Positions 39,157-48,929 of a stretch of DNA of 64,000 bases are shown here, piece by piece (position 1 is the first letter of the stretch; each line of letters starts with the position of its first letter). The notes beneath the pieces were generated by a model. The model was not told the origin of the DNA. It made no database searches and saw only the letters and a program-made list of their open reading frames with translations. The DNA is taken from contig BPJL01000004.1 of assembly GCA_026004595.1 (NCBI GenBank), positions 11,919 through 75,918 on the forward strand, written 5' to 3'. Source of the stretch: Patescibacteria group bacterium. GTDB lineage: Bacteria; Patescibacteriota; WWE3; UBA101185; UBA10185. Position numbers and translations under genes: made by a program.

Positions 39157-39186
39157 ATTTTTAACACTATTTTCTCGCTGTGTCAA
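39157..39186 (-). promoter_or_regulatory. Putative promoter for tRNA-Ala-23S-5S overlapping yvcK 3' end
   Basis: TTGACA-17-TAAAAA(T), followed by acccttgcc. Confidence 0.5.
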
Positions 39187-40171
39187 TGACATTAAACAGC
39201 GCTGCAGCAAGCTTTTGCGGCGAGTGGCGTATCATGCTTCTTTTAACTTTATCGGAGCTTGAAAAAATGACTTTATCATGAGACAAAAGCTTTTCACGTA
39301 TTATCTTCGCGCCCCTGTACCTTTCCTCCGGAAGATCATCCTCAACCCAAACTGTCCCATCTATAGTGTAATAATGATCAAGCAGATCCTGAGGAGGGCG
39401 TTCAGTATTAAGCAAAATATAATTTACATAATTCCCGCCCAAATACTTGATCACCTCGTCAACATGTTTTGATACAGGAAACCCATCTGTTTGCCCCAAA
39501 TGAGTCATAAGATTACTCACATACACGATTTTTGCCTTGGTGAACTTAAAAACTTCCTTCATTCCCTCTACGAGAAGGTTGGGAATTATGCTTGTGTATA
39601 AATCCCCCGGCCCCAGCACTATGAAATCTGCTCTTTCCAATGCTTTTTTTGCGTCAAGGTTCATAAGAGCGGGCGAAGACAAATATACTTCCGTAAGAGC
39701 GGGGTGATTGCGCTGAACCGATTCTATGCTATGTTCCCCCTCTATTACAGAGCCATCAGCGTATCTAGCACATAAAGTCGCTTTGGTAAAGGTTACTGGG
39801 TAAACTGAACCGCTTGTTTGCAAAATTTGAGCGGCCAAGTCTATCGCCTCCTGGTTTGATCCCGTTATTTTTTCAAGAGCTGAAATGAAAATGTTTCCGA
39901 AATTGTGCCCTTGAAGATCGCCAGCATCAAATCTATAGGTAAAAAGTTTCCGCCAAATTTCCTGCGACTGTGAAAGGGCGACCAAAGCTTGCCTCACGTC
40001 TCCGGGCGGTAAAACCCCAAGCTGATCCCGCAAACGGCCTGTAGAACCTCCCGAATCCATCATTGTCACAACAGCGCTAAGCTCAACAGGATATTCTTTA
40101 AGGCCTGAAAGGGCAACAAAAGTTCCGGTGCCCCCTCCAACTACAACAACCGACGGCTGGGGTTTTGTCAT
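39167..40171 (-). CDS. yvcK: YvcK/GlmR (CofD-like) family protein
   Basis: VVVGGGTG, DSGGSTGRLR, PPGDVRQAL, GHNFGN, GPGDLYTSIIPNL, RHSPQKLA; start MTKPQ at 40171. Confidence 0.93.
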   Translation of the reverse strand: MTKPQPSVVVVGGGTGTFVALSGLKEYPVELSAVVTMMDSGGSTGRLRDQLGVLPPGDVRQALVALSQSQEIWRKLFTYRFDAGDLQGHNFGNIFISALEKITGSNQEAIDLAAQILQTSGSVYPVTFTKATLCARYADGSVIEGEHSIESVQRNHPALTEVYLSSPALMNLDAKKALERADFIVLGPGDLYTSIIPNLLVEGMKEVFKFTKAKIVYVSNLMTHLGQTDGFPVSKHVDEVIKYLGGNYVNYILLNTERPPQDLLDHYYTIDGTVWVEDDLPEERYRGAKIIREKLLSHDKVIFSSSDKVKRSMIRHSPQKLAAALFNVIDTARK

Positions 40172-40310
40172 AAGTGATGTATATAATACAAGGGATATGG
40201 TTGGGTGGCAAAGTACGTGGACTCTGCCAAGGCACTGTGCTAGAATTTGCACAGCTTTCAGCGCTTTTGGAGTTTGGCTCCTGGAACACAACTCCTGGAA
40301 AGCTGACCAT

Positions 40311-40387
<77 letters not shown>

Positions 40388-40462
40388 GAATCTGACTTTC
40401 GTCTTTTTGGCCGACCAGAACCGCGGCGTAAGGCTCGCGCTACCAAAGATCCTGTAAAAAAC

Positions 40463-40493
40463 AAAAAACCTCCTTTCTTTGGAGGTGTTTTTT
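40463..40493. terminator. Bidirectional terminator between 16S trailer and tRNA-Ile
   Basis: aaaaaacctcc tttcttt ggaggtgtttttt. Confidence 0.75.
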
Positions 40494-41598
40494 GAACTAC
40501 TGAACTACTTTTCCGAACAAACTTTCAAGCTCTTTAAGGCAAGAAGAATAACCTTTACCTTGGAAGTTCAGGCTCACTTCCAAACCCGCTCTAATCTGCA
40601 TAAGGCGTACGCAGATTTGTTAACTCAACGTTTTAGAGCTAATCCAACGTTGAGTGCGTCTTTTCTTTCGATGGTCTTTCTTAACAGCTAGTGATAAGTC
40701 AAGTTTCCACCGATCAAAGATGCGCGTTCCTCCTAACGGTTCGAACACCTTGTAGAGCAAGTTGTCCTTTGAACCATAGAGAAAGAAACATAAGTTTCTC
40801 CCTTACAATCGATGTTACAGCACAGAGTGCTGCGACCCGATCGAAGGGTGGAACGTAGTTTACTCCCTTAGAAAGGAGGTGATCCAGCCGCAGATTCCCC
40901 TACGGCTACCTTGTTACGACTTCACCCTCATCACTGATTCCACCGTGAGCCCACTAATGTGAGACTTCGGGTGGCCCCAGCTTTGCTGGCGTGACGGGCA
41001 GTGTGTGCAAGACCCGAGAACGTATTCACCGTGGTATAGCTGACCCACGATTACTAGCGATTCCGGCTTCATGGAGTCGAATTGCAGACTCCAATCCGAA
41101 CTGGGACCGGTTTTTTTGGGATTAGCTCGGCCTCGCGGCTTTGCAACCCTTTGTGCCGGCCATTGTAGCATGCTTCTGGCCCAAGGCGTAAGGGCAATAC
41201 CGACTTGACGTCATCCCCACCTTCCTCCGCGTTGCCGCGGCAGTTCCGCTAGAGTGATACAACTAGCAGTAGGGGTTGCGCTCGTTAACCCACTTAAGGG
41301 TACGCCTCACGGTACGAGCTGACGACAGCCATGCAACACCTGTGCAAGCTCCGGACTGGATACCGGTCGTTCCCCTTTCGGTTCACTACTTCATGCATGT
41401 CAAGCCTTGGTAAGGTTCTTGGGTTATCAGCCAATTGAAGAGCATGCTCCACCGCTTGTGCGGGTCCCCGCCAATTCCTTTGAGTTTTAATCTTGCGACC
41501 GTACTCCCCAGGCGGCCTGCTTAACGCGTTAGCTTCGACACCAAAAAATTCTGGCATCTAGCAGGCATGGTTTACGGCGTGGACTACACGGGTATCTA

Positions 41599-42655
41599 CA
41601 ATTTTGTTACTGAATTCACAGGTTGTTATCTAAAACAACTCCTTGTATCGCTACAAGGTTCGGACTATATCATTATCTTTACTTGTGATTATCTATAAAT
41701 GAGAGATATTTTCTTGGGTTATCGTAGGATTCAATTAAAGCTTTGAGTACTTCATTCTTCTGGGTGTTACACCAGCATTTAGAATGTTTAGTTACTCTTA
41801 CCCCCGCAATAAACCCAATAACATCTCTAAAGGCAATTATATTGCCTCTACCCGTAATCTTGACTTTCTTATCACAACAGTCGTTCAAAGAAGATATTCC
41901 CAACATCTTCAAGAGATGGTGGTAGTCTCTTCTTAACCCATCGTGAGAACAAGCCAAGAAAACGTTTCTTATAAGGAATCTGCCTTTGTTCGTGTTAGCT
42001 GCGTAGAAACAAACACCCCCATCACAGCTGAAGGCTGATCGGAGGAAAGGCACTGCAGTTCTACCCCTCTCTAAATATGAAATAGGTAATTTGGCATCAG
42101 TGACACCCCCATTACAAAAATTCAAGGTTCTGAATGTACCAAAGGTATCTACCAAAAAAGACCCAATTTCTCCGGAGTCAACAACTGCCTTCCACAAACG
42201 ATTCCCCACTTTGCTTATCCTAACTCTTTTGAGATCTAAACCAAAAACGGAGCGTATGTTCCTCCTAAACTCCCTAATGAGAGTAAAAGAGCTGGAGGAG
42301 AAATATATTCTCCAACTACTCTTGTGTCTAGGTGACACACATCCATCTGTATATAGCATCCCCAATAGTTTTGACAAGCTTTCATCACAAGAAGATATTT
42401 GGCATGTAGTCTCTGAGGATTCTTCATCTGAGTTTAGAAGATGAAGCCTTTCCTGCTGATTATCCGCACTTGAAGCTTTATCACCCAACATAACCGAACA
42501 ATATCCGAATATGTTTGGTAGCCCAAGATTCTTTATTCTAATTTCACTAGACACCACATTCTTACCCGTAAGATGTGGACGGAACTCCCAGCATATAGCC
42601 AAATTTTTCTCCATCCGGTCACCCGGTTGGAGGGACGAGATTACGCTTTCGCGCC
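41599..42655 (-). mobile_element. Group I intron at 16S position 788 with homing endonuclease
   Basis: Interrupts CGGAU|UAGAUACCC; IGS GUCC; P AUAUGCUGGGA, Q AAUCAGCAGG, R CUCAGAGACUAC, S AUGAUAUAGUCC; terminal G. Confidence 0.92.
41679..42491 (-). CDS. Double-motif LAGLIDADG (DOD/intein-like) homing endonuclease
   Basis: KLLGMLYTDGCV and FLRSAFSCDGGV motifs, F...IGF; start MLGDK at 42491. Confidence 0.85.
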   Translation of the reverse strand: MLGDKASSADNQQERLHLLNSDEESSETTCQISSCDESLSKLLGMLYTDGCVSPRHKSSWRIYFSSSSFTLIREFRRNIRSVFGLDLKRVRISKVGNRLWKAVVDSGEIGSFLVDTFGTFRTLNFCNGGVTDAKLPISYLERGRTAVPFLRSAFSCDGGVCFYAANTNKGRFLIRNVFLACSHDGLRRDYHHLLKMLGISSLNDCCDKKVKITGRGNIIAFRDVIGFIAGVRVTKHSKCWCNTQKNEVLKALIESYDNPRKYLSFIDNHK

Positions 42656-43569
42656 ATCCGTTTCGCTCCCCACGCTTTCGTCTCTCAGCGTCAGGACAAC
42701 CCCAGGTAGCTGGCTTCCCCCTTGGTGTTCCGTATGATATCAACGCATTTCACTGCTACACCATACGTTCCGCTACCCCCTAGTCGCCTCCTAGCCAAAC
42801 AGTATTGAAAGCCTTTCCTCGGTTGAGCCGAGGTATTTGACCCCCAACTTATTTAGCCGCCTACAGAACTCTTTACGCCCAGTAAGACCGGGTAATGCTT
42901 GCACCCTACGTGTGACCGCTGCTGCTGGCACGTAGTTAGCCGGTGCTTATAACGAGGTTTACAACCCGAGGGCCGTCATCCCTCACGCGGTGTCGCTCCG
43001 TCAGACTTTCGTCCATTGCGGAAGATTCCCGATTGCTGCCTCCCGTAGGAGTAAGGCCCGTGTCTCAGTGCCCTTCTGGCTGGTCATGCGCTAACACCAG
43101 CTACCCGTCATAGGCTTGGTGAGCCTTTACCTCACCAACTACCTGATAGGCCGCGGGCTCGTCCCCAAGCGCGTTGCCGCTTTAAAGTTACCTTCACATA
43201 AGGAATTACTCCCTCTTTCGAGGGGCTATGCCTTACTTGGGGGTAGATTCCCACGTGTTACTCAGCCGTTCGCCACTATACAGCATTTCTGCCGAATCGT
43301 TCGACTTGCATACCTTAGGCACACCGCTAGCATTCACCCTGAACCAGGATCAAATTCTTAGTTAAAAGGAATTATGCATTCTTCTTGCCTTAAAGTTCTT
43401 GAAAGTTTCATTCGGATTTCAAAGTACTTCGCGCACACCCTACAAAGGGGTTTTTCTGTGCGGATGAAAGGATACACTAGCACTGTACAAATATCAATAA
43501 CTTAAATGGTTGTCAATATTGTGCTATCTTATATTAAGAGGATAAAAAATAACAGAAAGAGAGGGTAAA

Positions 43570-43806
43570 ATGCGTGTGCTGATTGTTCTTGGTGTCTGTG
43601 AGTATCTGTGTGTAATTTCTGAAATGCCGTGCCACGGCAGCATTATGGACACCCGCACTTTGCAGGACGAGTCAATTAAAAATCTTGTGACAAAAGAGCT
43701 TGGATGTTTTGTCGGAGTAAAATACAGCGGGGCTGGGTGGCATCATAAATACGGTGAACTTCCAAGACTGGAACTTCACCGTTTGGAACAGCAAAGGTTA
43801 TGGTAA
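43570..43806 (+). CDS. Small hypothetical protein
   Basis: ORF with GAGGG SD-like site; no recognisable motif. Confidence 0.35.
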   Translation: MRVLIVLGVCEYLCVISEMPCHGSIMDTRTLQDESIKNLVTKELGCFVGVKYSGAGWHHKYGELPRLELHRLEQQRLW

Positions 43807-43860
43807 AACCAAAATCTCCGGAGGCCTCGCCCCAACCTTCGGAGATCCCCTTTTACAGGA

Positions 43861-45183
43861 TCACTCCACAAAATTTATTTCAATAGAATCAGTTGAGAAA
43901 AGCGCTGACACGGTAGAAGCAATAACTGCCTTATTGTAAATGGGCGAACATGTCACAAGATCAAAATGTACAGCCTCGTACTCCGGCCAAGTATGAACCG
44001 TGAGATTTGAGTTTGATAAAACATACACAAAAGTAAAACCCGAGCCTTTGAATTCTGTAATCTTTGTGTCCACAACCTTAAGTTTGTGCTGTCTGCAAAA
44101 TTCATTTAGAACTCCCATCATCCTCTTCTTCACCTGCAACAACGCTGGAGATACATGGAATACTTTTAATACCACATGGTCTACAAAAGGAAATTTTTCT
44201 TCCTTTTCTGTCTCGTATGTGTAAATTTTACGGTTTGCCGGGAGAAGGTTGGTATGTGAAGTAGACTGCTGTGTCTTTAAAATGTAAAGAGAGCTGGCCG
44301 AACCTATTGATTCGGCTCCGTCATAACGAGCGAACTTGTTGACCTTATCCTCTATCAATAAACCGCATCGGTTAAATATCTCTTGAATTTTTAAAAACTT
44401 TTCGGAAGAGAGCTGGCTGTTGCCGTAAAAGAAAAAGATGCTTCTTCCGGCACCGGATTTTAACAGCTCCAGAGACCTGTTTAAGAATAACTCTACCCCA
44501 TAACGGGTATATGGTGGATCGGTTTGAACCACATCAAACCTGTTGGCATGTTCCTTTTTTATCTCGTCTCTACAATCGTAATAATAAATATGAACATTAT
44601 GATTACCCATTTCTTTGGATTTACCTTCAATGAAAGCCAAAAGTGTTTTATCAACATCAAATACGGAAACGGATCTAAACTTAGCTCCCAAAATTATTAA
44701 AGCCAACGACACCAAATCGTCGTCTCCAAGAAACGCGACATCCTTTCCGTCCACTTCTCCCCTGCCCATCATTATCGCAGCTTTTCTCAAAGAAGTTTCC
44801 GGTGTAGCATAGAACTGGTCTAGTTCGCGAGAAGCGGCTTTTTGATAATCAAGCCTAATTGTTTTGAATATTTTTAGCTTGTCAGGATCAATCTCCACTA
44901 AATCTCCGAGTGACCACATGTATCTATTCGGTCCCATCTCTCCAAATAATTTCAAACCCTTCTCATTTAGGGAAATCAAATCGGCATTACTTTTCTCCAA
45001 AAACTCGGCAATCTGGTGCTTAAGTTTTTTCAAGCTTTCTTTGGGAATTCCGGTTTTTTGCACCAAAAAATTGTTAGACATTGCACCGCCAAACAACAAC
45101 TCATATAACACGCCTTCTATTTCGGCTTCAGAAAGGCCTCCAACCGCCCTTTTTATCTTTGATATAAGCTCGTTTTTCTGCAT
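43861..45183 (-). CDS. Branched-chain polyamine synthase BpsA (DUF43) fused to C-terminal AdoMet-decarboxylase (SpeD)-family domain
   Basis: ELDQFYATPET, FLGDDDLVS, FDVD, YDCR, TDPPYT..G..LFLNR; C-term G.GFTFVYVLSNSNLTVHTWPEY..VHFDLVTCS. Confidence 0.85.
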   Translation of the reverse strand: MQKNELISKIKRAVGGLSEAEIEGVLYELLFGGAMSNNFLVQKTGIPKESLKKLKHQIAEFLEKSNADLISLNEKGLKLFGEMGPNRYMWSLGDLVEIDPDKLKIFKTIRLDYQKAASRELDQFYATPETSLRKAAIMMGRGEVDGKDVAFLGDDDLVSLALIILGAKFRSVSVFDVDKTLLAFIEGKSKEMGNHNVHIYYYDCRDEIKKEHANRFDVVQTDPPYTRYGVELFLNRSLELLKSGAGRSIFFFYGNSQLSSEKFLKIQEIFNRCGLLIEDKVNKFARYDGAESIGSASSLYILKTQQSTSHTNLLPANRKIYTYETEKEEKFPFVDHVVLKVFHVSPALLQVKKRMMGVLNEFCRQHKLKVVDTKITEFKGSGFTFVYVLSNSNLTVHTWPEYEAVHFDLVTCSPIYNKAVIASTVSALFSTDSIEINFVE

Positions 45184-45272
45184 CTGGCTTATTATACCGC
45201 CTAACAACCAATTTCTAATATCAATAGAAAAACTCCTGACACAAAAGTCCTTTTACCTCTTATATTTGATCC

Positions 45273-47597
45273 GTGCAGAAATTATTCTATCTATTAATAT
45301 GCGCCCTAATTTTAGCGAACCTATCCTATGCTGAAACATGGATATCTGTATCTGCACCATCAAATAAGATTGCTGCTATTGAAACAATACCCCAAGGAAT
45401 TGTGGCCGGCGAGTTTGACGATAGAATGTGGCTTAACCCATATAACGGTATTTATCTTTCGGAAGATGGGGGCATAAATTGGAAAAAAATAGGCCTAAAT
45501 GGAAAGGGTGTAAAAAATCTGGAATACAGAAACGGCACTCTTTACGCCTCTGCCTACTATACAAATTCAACACCTAGGGGGCTTTACTACAGCCCATACC
45601 CGTATGACGTTTGGAACCATGTCGGCCCTCTGTACGAAATCACAGCTCTTGATATATGCGGAGATTCCATTTACATGGGTACTAAGGTAAACGGCCTTAT
45701 GGTCAGCAGAGACAAAGGAGCAACATGGGCGCAAAAACTAGGAAACGGATGGGATGGGCCTGAAATTCTAGCCGTGCGTTGTTTCAATAATCATGTCGTG
45801 GTCTCTACAAGAACAAATGTATTTACAAGCGCCAATGCAGGAGAAACGTGGAATGAGGCCTCTATTTTCTCTGGAACAACTATTTATTCAATAGCTGGGT
45901 TTGAAAATTATGCGACTGCTTCGGGCATCGGATACGAAGGTTTGTTTGTCTCATACGACAGTGGGGACAGTTGGAGCAAAATCCCAATCCCCGGCTTCCA
46001 ACAGTCCAAGAAGCTTGTCTTTCAAGGCCAGTATTTATATATAGGAAGCGGGGCCACCGTACTTGAGAGTCTCCAAATGGGAAAAGAGGTTAAAGATACT
46101 CTCCTCAGCGATAAAAACACTACTGTTGTAGCTGACCTGGCCGCATATAAACCTGGTAAATATGAGTTGGTTGCTTTGAGTTCGGCAGGAAAAATCTATA
46201 AAAGAGAGGTGGACGAATACAAGTATTTACCTACGCTCTCCCCTCCATGGAACATACAAAATGACTGGGAGCTGACTGAAAAAATAAACTCTTTCTTTGA
46301 TCACCAATACCCTCTTCTCTCCTATCCATACATGAGCGAACCTCAAGAACACAGTAACACAACCCTCAAATACGATGGCGAAAAAGGCTCGGAACCGCAA
46401 CTTTACTATAGCTCCCACAGCGGAATAGATTTTGATATGGATTATGGTGATCCTGTTTTAGCAGCCGCAAGCGGAAGCGCCACAAATTACTACTGCAAGA
46501 GTTGCGGAAACACTATAAAAATTGATCATGGCAACGGAATTCAAACCGTATATATGCACTTGCAAAATAGCTTGTCAGTGCAAGATAATGGAGCGCTTTG
46601 GGTAGAAAGTGGACGCGAAATAGGTAAAGTTGGCTTAACGGGGCGCACAACAGGTCCGCATTTGCATTTTGAAGTTGTTTACGACACGAATAACAACTCC
46701 CTCTTTTCTGATGAGTTTCCTCATGGAAGAACCGACCCCTTTGGATGGAACTTCGCAAAGTCAGCTGATCCGTGGCCACTTCTAAAATGGACGGATCCTC
46801 TTGGGCACCACCAAGGTGCCGTCAGCAAAAATCTCTGGGAAATTCTCTCCCCCATGAAAGACACAGCACCATTGGCAAATTCAACTATTCTTACGCTCGG
46901 CAATAAAATAGTTGAAGTTGTAAATGACGCGGGGAAAAACTTCCTGCGTCTAATCCTTGAGCACGCACCCAAACCAAGAAATGCCCCGCCGCACGATCAA
47001 TCAAAATACATAAACGGAACGGCGACTATACTAAATCTGGTTGATCAATTAGGAAATGCTTCTGCGGAGGATGTAATAGTAAAAGTTAAAATTTTCATAT
47101 CCCCCGAAAATATTATGGGCATAATCCCCGAAACGATCAAGCTGTATAGATGGGAAAAAGAGACTCTTTCATGGGTTGAGACAATAAGCAGGTACGATTC
47201 GGCCTCCGGTGTACTGGAAGGAATTCTAAATCATCTTAGTTATTTCGCCGCGTTCGGAGAAGGGAATTCAGAACAGCCGCCATCAACACAACTCATCATA
47301 TCGCCGGAGCCGGTAGATGGCCTGGTTGATTCTTTTGCAACAGTATCCTTTATCAGAGACGGGGGCGACTTGACTGTGTATTCGCTTGATGGGGGCGACA
47401 CGTGGAATACATACAGTGCTCCGGTAACAATAGATAAGCACGGGATGTACGACATCCTTTATAAATCCCAGTCGGCTAACGGGGCCTGGGAAGAAACAAA
47501 AAGTTTTGTCTTGAAAGTGGGCACTGATTTAAACTCTCAAAAGATAAGAGTCGTGGGCGCCGAATTTGAAACCCTATCTAATAACTCCTCCCCCTAA
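45273..47597 (+). CDS. Secreted BNR/Asp-box beta-propeller + M23 peptidase + Ig-like domains
   Basis: Signal peptide; SEDGGINW, SRDKGATW, SANAGETW, SYDSGDSW; HSGID, YMHL, TTGPHLHF; HLSYFA; YSLDGG. Confidence 0.85.
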   Translation: MQKLFYLLICALILANLSYAETWISVSAPSNKIAAIETIPQGIVAGEFDDRMWLNPYNGIYLSEDGGINWKKIGLNGKGVKNLEYRNGTLYASAYYTNSTPRGLYYSPYPYDVWNHVGPLYEITALDICGDSIYMGTKVNGLMVSRDKGATWAQKLGNGWDGPEILAVRCFNNHVVVSTRTNVFTSANAGETWNEASIFSGTTIYSIAGFENYATASGIGYEGLFVSYDSGDSWSKIPIPGFQQSKKLVFQGQYLYIGSGATVLESLQMGKEVKDTLLSDKNTTVVADLAAYKPGKYELVALSSAGKIYKREVDEYKYLPTLSPPWNIQNDWELTEKINSFFDHQYPLLSYPYMSEPQEHSNTTLKYDGEKGSEPQLYYSSHSGIDFDMDYGDPVLAAASGSATNYYCKSCGNTIKIDHGNGIQTVYMHLQNSLSVQDNGALWVESGREIGKVGLTGRTTGPHLHFEVVYDTNNNSLFSDEFPHGRTDPFGWNFAKSADPWPLLKWTDPLGHHQGAVSKNLWEILSPMKDTAPLANSTILTLGNKIVEVVNDAGKNFLRLILEHAPKPRNAPPHDQSKYINGTATILNLVDQLGNASAEDVIVKVKIFISPENIMGIIPETIKLYRWEKETLSWVETISRYDSASGVLEGILNHLSYFAAFGEGNSEQPPSTQLIISPEPVDGLVDSFATVSFIRDGGDLTVYSLDGGDTWNTYSAPVTIDKHGMYDILYKSQSANGAWEETKSFVLKVGTDLNSQKIRVVGAEFETLSNNSSP

Positions 47598-48644
47598 AAC
47601 TTCTTTCCCCTTGTAAAAAACCGCGCTTTGCCCGGGTGAAACTCCAAAAGCTTTCTTTGACAACTCAACTTTTAAAAGATCTTTGCCCGTTTTCACACAA
47701 ACGCATGAGATAAGCTGGCCGAGGTGTCTTATCCTTACTTTGCACTCCACCTTGGAATTGCTCGCGAACGGATCCCCAGAAACCCAGCTCGGATCAGAAA
47801 CCTCAAATTCCTTACACAAAGCCTCCTCATAACACCCAACCGTTAGAGTATTCGTTTCAACATTTTTGGCCAAAACATAAAGTGGTTCGCCGAAATATTT
47901 CTTAAGACGAAACCCATGCCTCTGCCCTATTGTGAAATACCAAACTCCATCGTGCTCTCCGATCTCCTCGCCCGAAAACGTTACAACTTTTCCTTTTTTG
48001 GGTTTAATCCTTTTACTCAAAAAGTCTTTGATGTCCACTTCACCGATAAAGCATATTCCCATGCTCTCGGGTCTTTTGTATGACGGAAGATTATGTTCCT
48101 TGGCTATTTTCCTTACTTCTGCCTTGGTTAAATCCGCCAAAGGAAAAAGGGTTTTTTCCAGCTGTTTCTGACCCAAACGATATAAAAAGTATGATTGGTC
48201 TTTTCCCTTATCTGCCCCCATCAAAAGTTTGTACACACCATTGTTCTGCACAATCCCCGCGTAATGGCCGGTGGCAACAAAATCAAAACCTTCCTTCATC
48301 GCCCAATCAAAAAATATTCCGAACTTAATTTCTTTGTTGCACATAACGTCGGGGTTGGGAGTTCTTCCGGCTTCATACTCTGTGTAGAAATAATCTATTA
48401 CTTTCTTTTTATACTCATCCTGAAAATCCAAAACTTTGAACTGCACATCAAGTACCGCGGCTGTTTGCAGGGCATACGCTTTGTCTTCATCTGCGGCGCA
48501 CCCATTACCTTTCACCTCCCAGCATTTCATGTAAACTGCGGTAACATCACAGCCTTGTTCTTTTAGCAACAGGGCAGCTACGGAGGAGTCAACACCTCCG
48601 CTTAAACCTACAGCAACTTTTTTCTGGCTTTTACTTTTTTCCAT
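47574..48644 (-). CDS. mnmA: tRNA 2-thiouridylase MnmA
   Basis: SGGVDSS, TPNPDVMCN, ATGHY, KDQSYFL, ESMGICF, TIGQR, PGQSAVFY. Confidence 0.97.
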   Translation of the reverse strand: MEKSKSQKKVAVGLSGGVDSSVAALLLKEQGCDVTAVYMKCWEVKGNGCAADEDKAYALQTAAVLDVQFKVLDFQDEYKKKVIDYFYTEYEAGRTPNPDVMCNKEIKFGIFFDWAMKEGFDFVATGHYAGIVQNNGVYKLLMGADKGKDQSYFLYRLGQKQLEKTLFPLADLTKAEVRKIAKEHNLPSYKRPESMGICFIGEVDIKDFLSKRIKPKKGKVVTFSGEEIGEHDGVWYFTIGQRHGFRLKKYFGEPLYVLAKNVETNTLTVGCYEEALCKEFEVSDPSWVSGDPFASNSKVECKVRIRHLGQLISCVCVKTGKDLLKVELSKKAFGVSPGQSAVFYKGKEVLGGGVIR

Positions 48645-48929
48645 ACACCTTTGCATTATATCCCGACCGTATGAGTAGCTGAAAAGAAACGAAGCCCTTG
48701 AGATATTCTAAATATCTAGAAGGCATAAAACTCATCTCCACGCTTCTCCTTATAAATTATCAAAAACTTAGGCGGTTTATTGGTTGTTTTTGCTTTCAAG
48801 CAATCACACTCAAAAGCGCTAACAATTTTTGTCATTTCTAAACCCTGGAAAACAAAACATATACCGCTCGCTTGCGTTAAAATATTAAGCTGGGCCTCCG
48901 CTCAAAAGTTCAGGTTAGATTTACAGAAA

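Larger units (their letters stand above)
40870..43365 (-). rRNA. rrs: 16S rRNA with one group I intron (ends approximate)
   Basis: AGAATTTGATCCTGGTTCAG, CCTACGGGAGGCAGCA, AAACTCAAAGGAATTG, AAGTCGTAACAAGGTAGCC, GATCACCTCCTTT; processing stem arms at ~43378-43408 and ~40519-40549. Confidence 0.97.

Noticed and set aside
42492-42743. N-terminal extension of the 16S intron ORF into the exon, likewise 36510-36674 for L1917
   Set aside because: Translates rRNA or ribozyme sequence; the downstream ATGs have a matching promoter-like context
48660-48929. Antitoxin ORF next to the HEPN gene
   Set aside because: Only 30-40-codon frames without recognisable pattern; the plus-strand 48780 ORF overlaps the HEPN gene antisense
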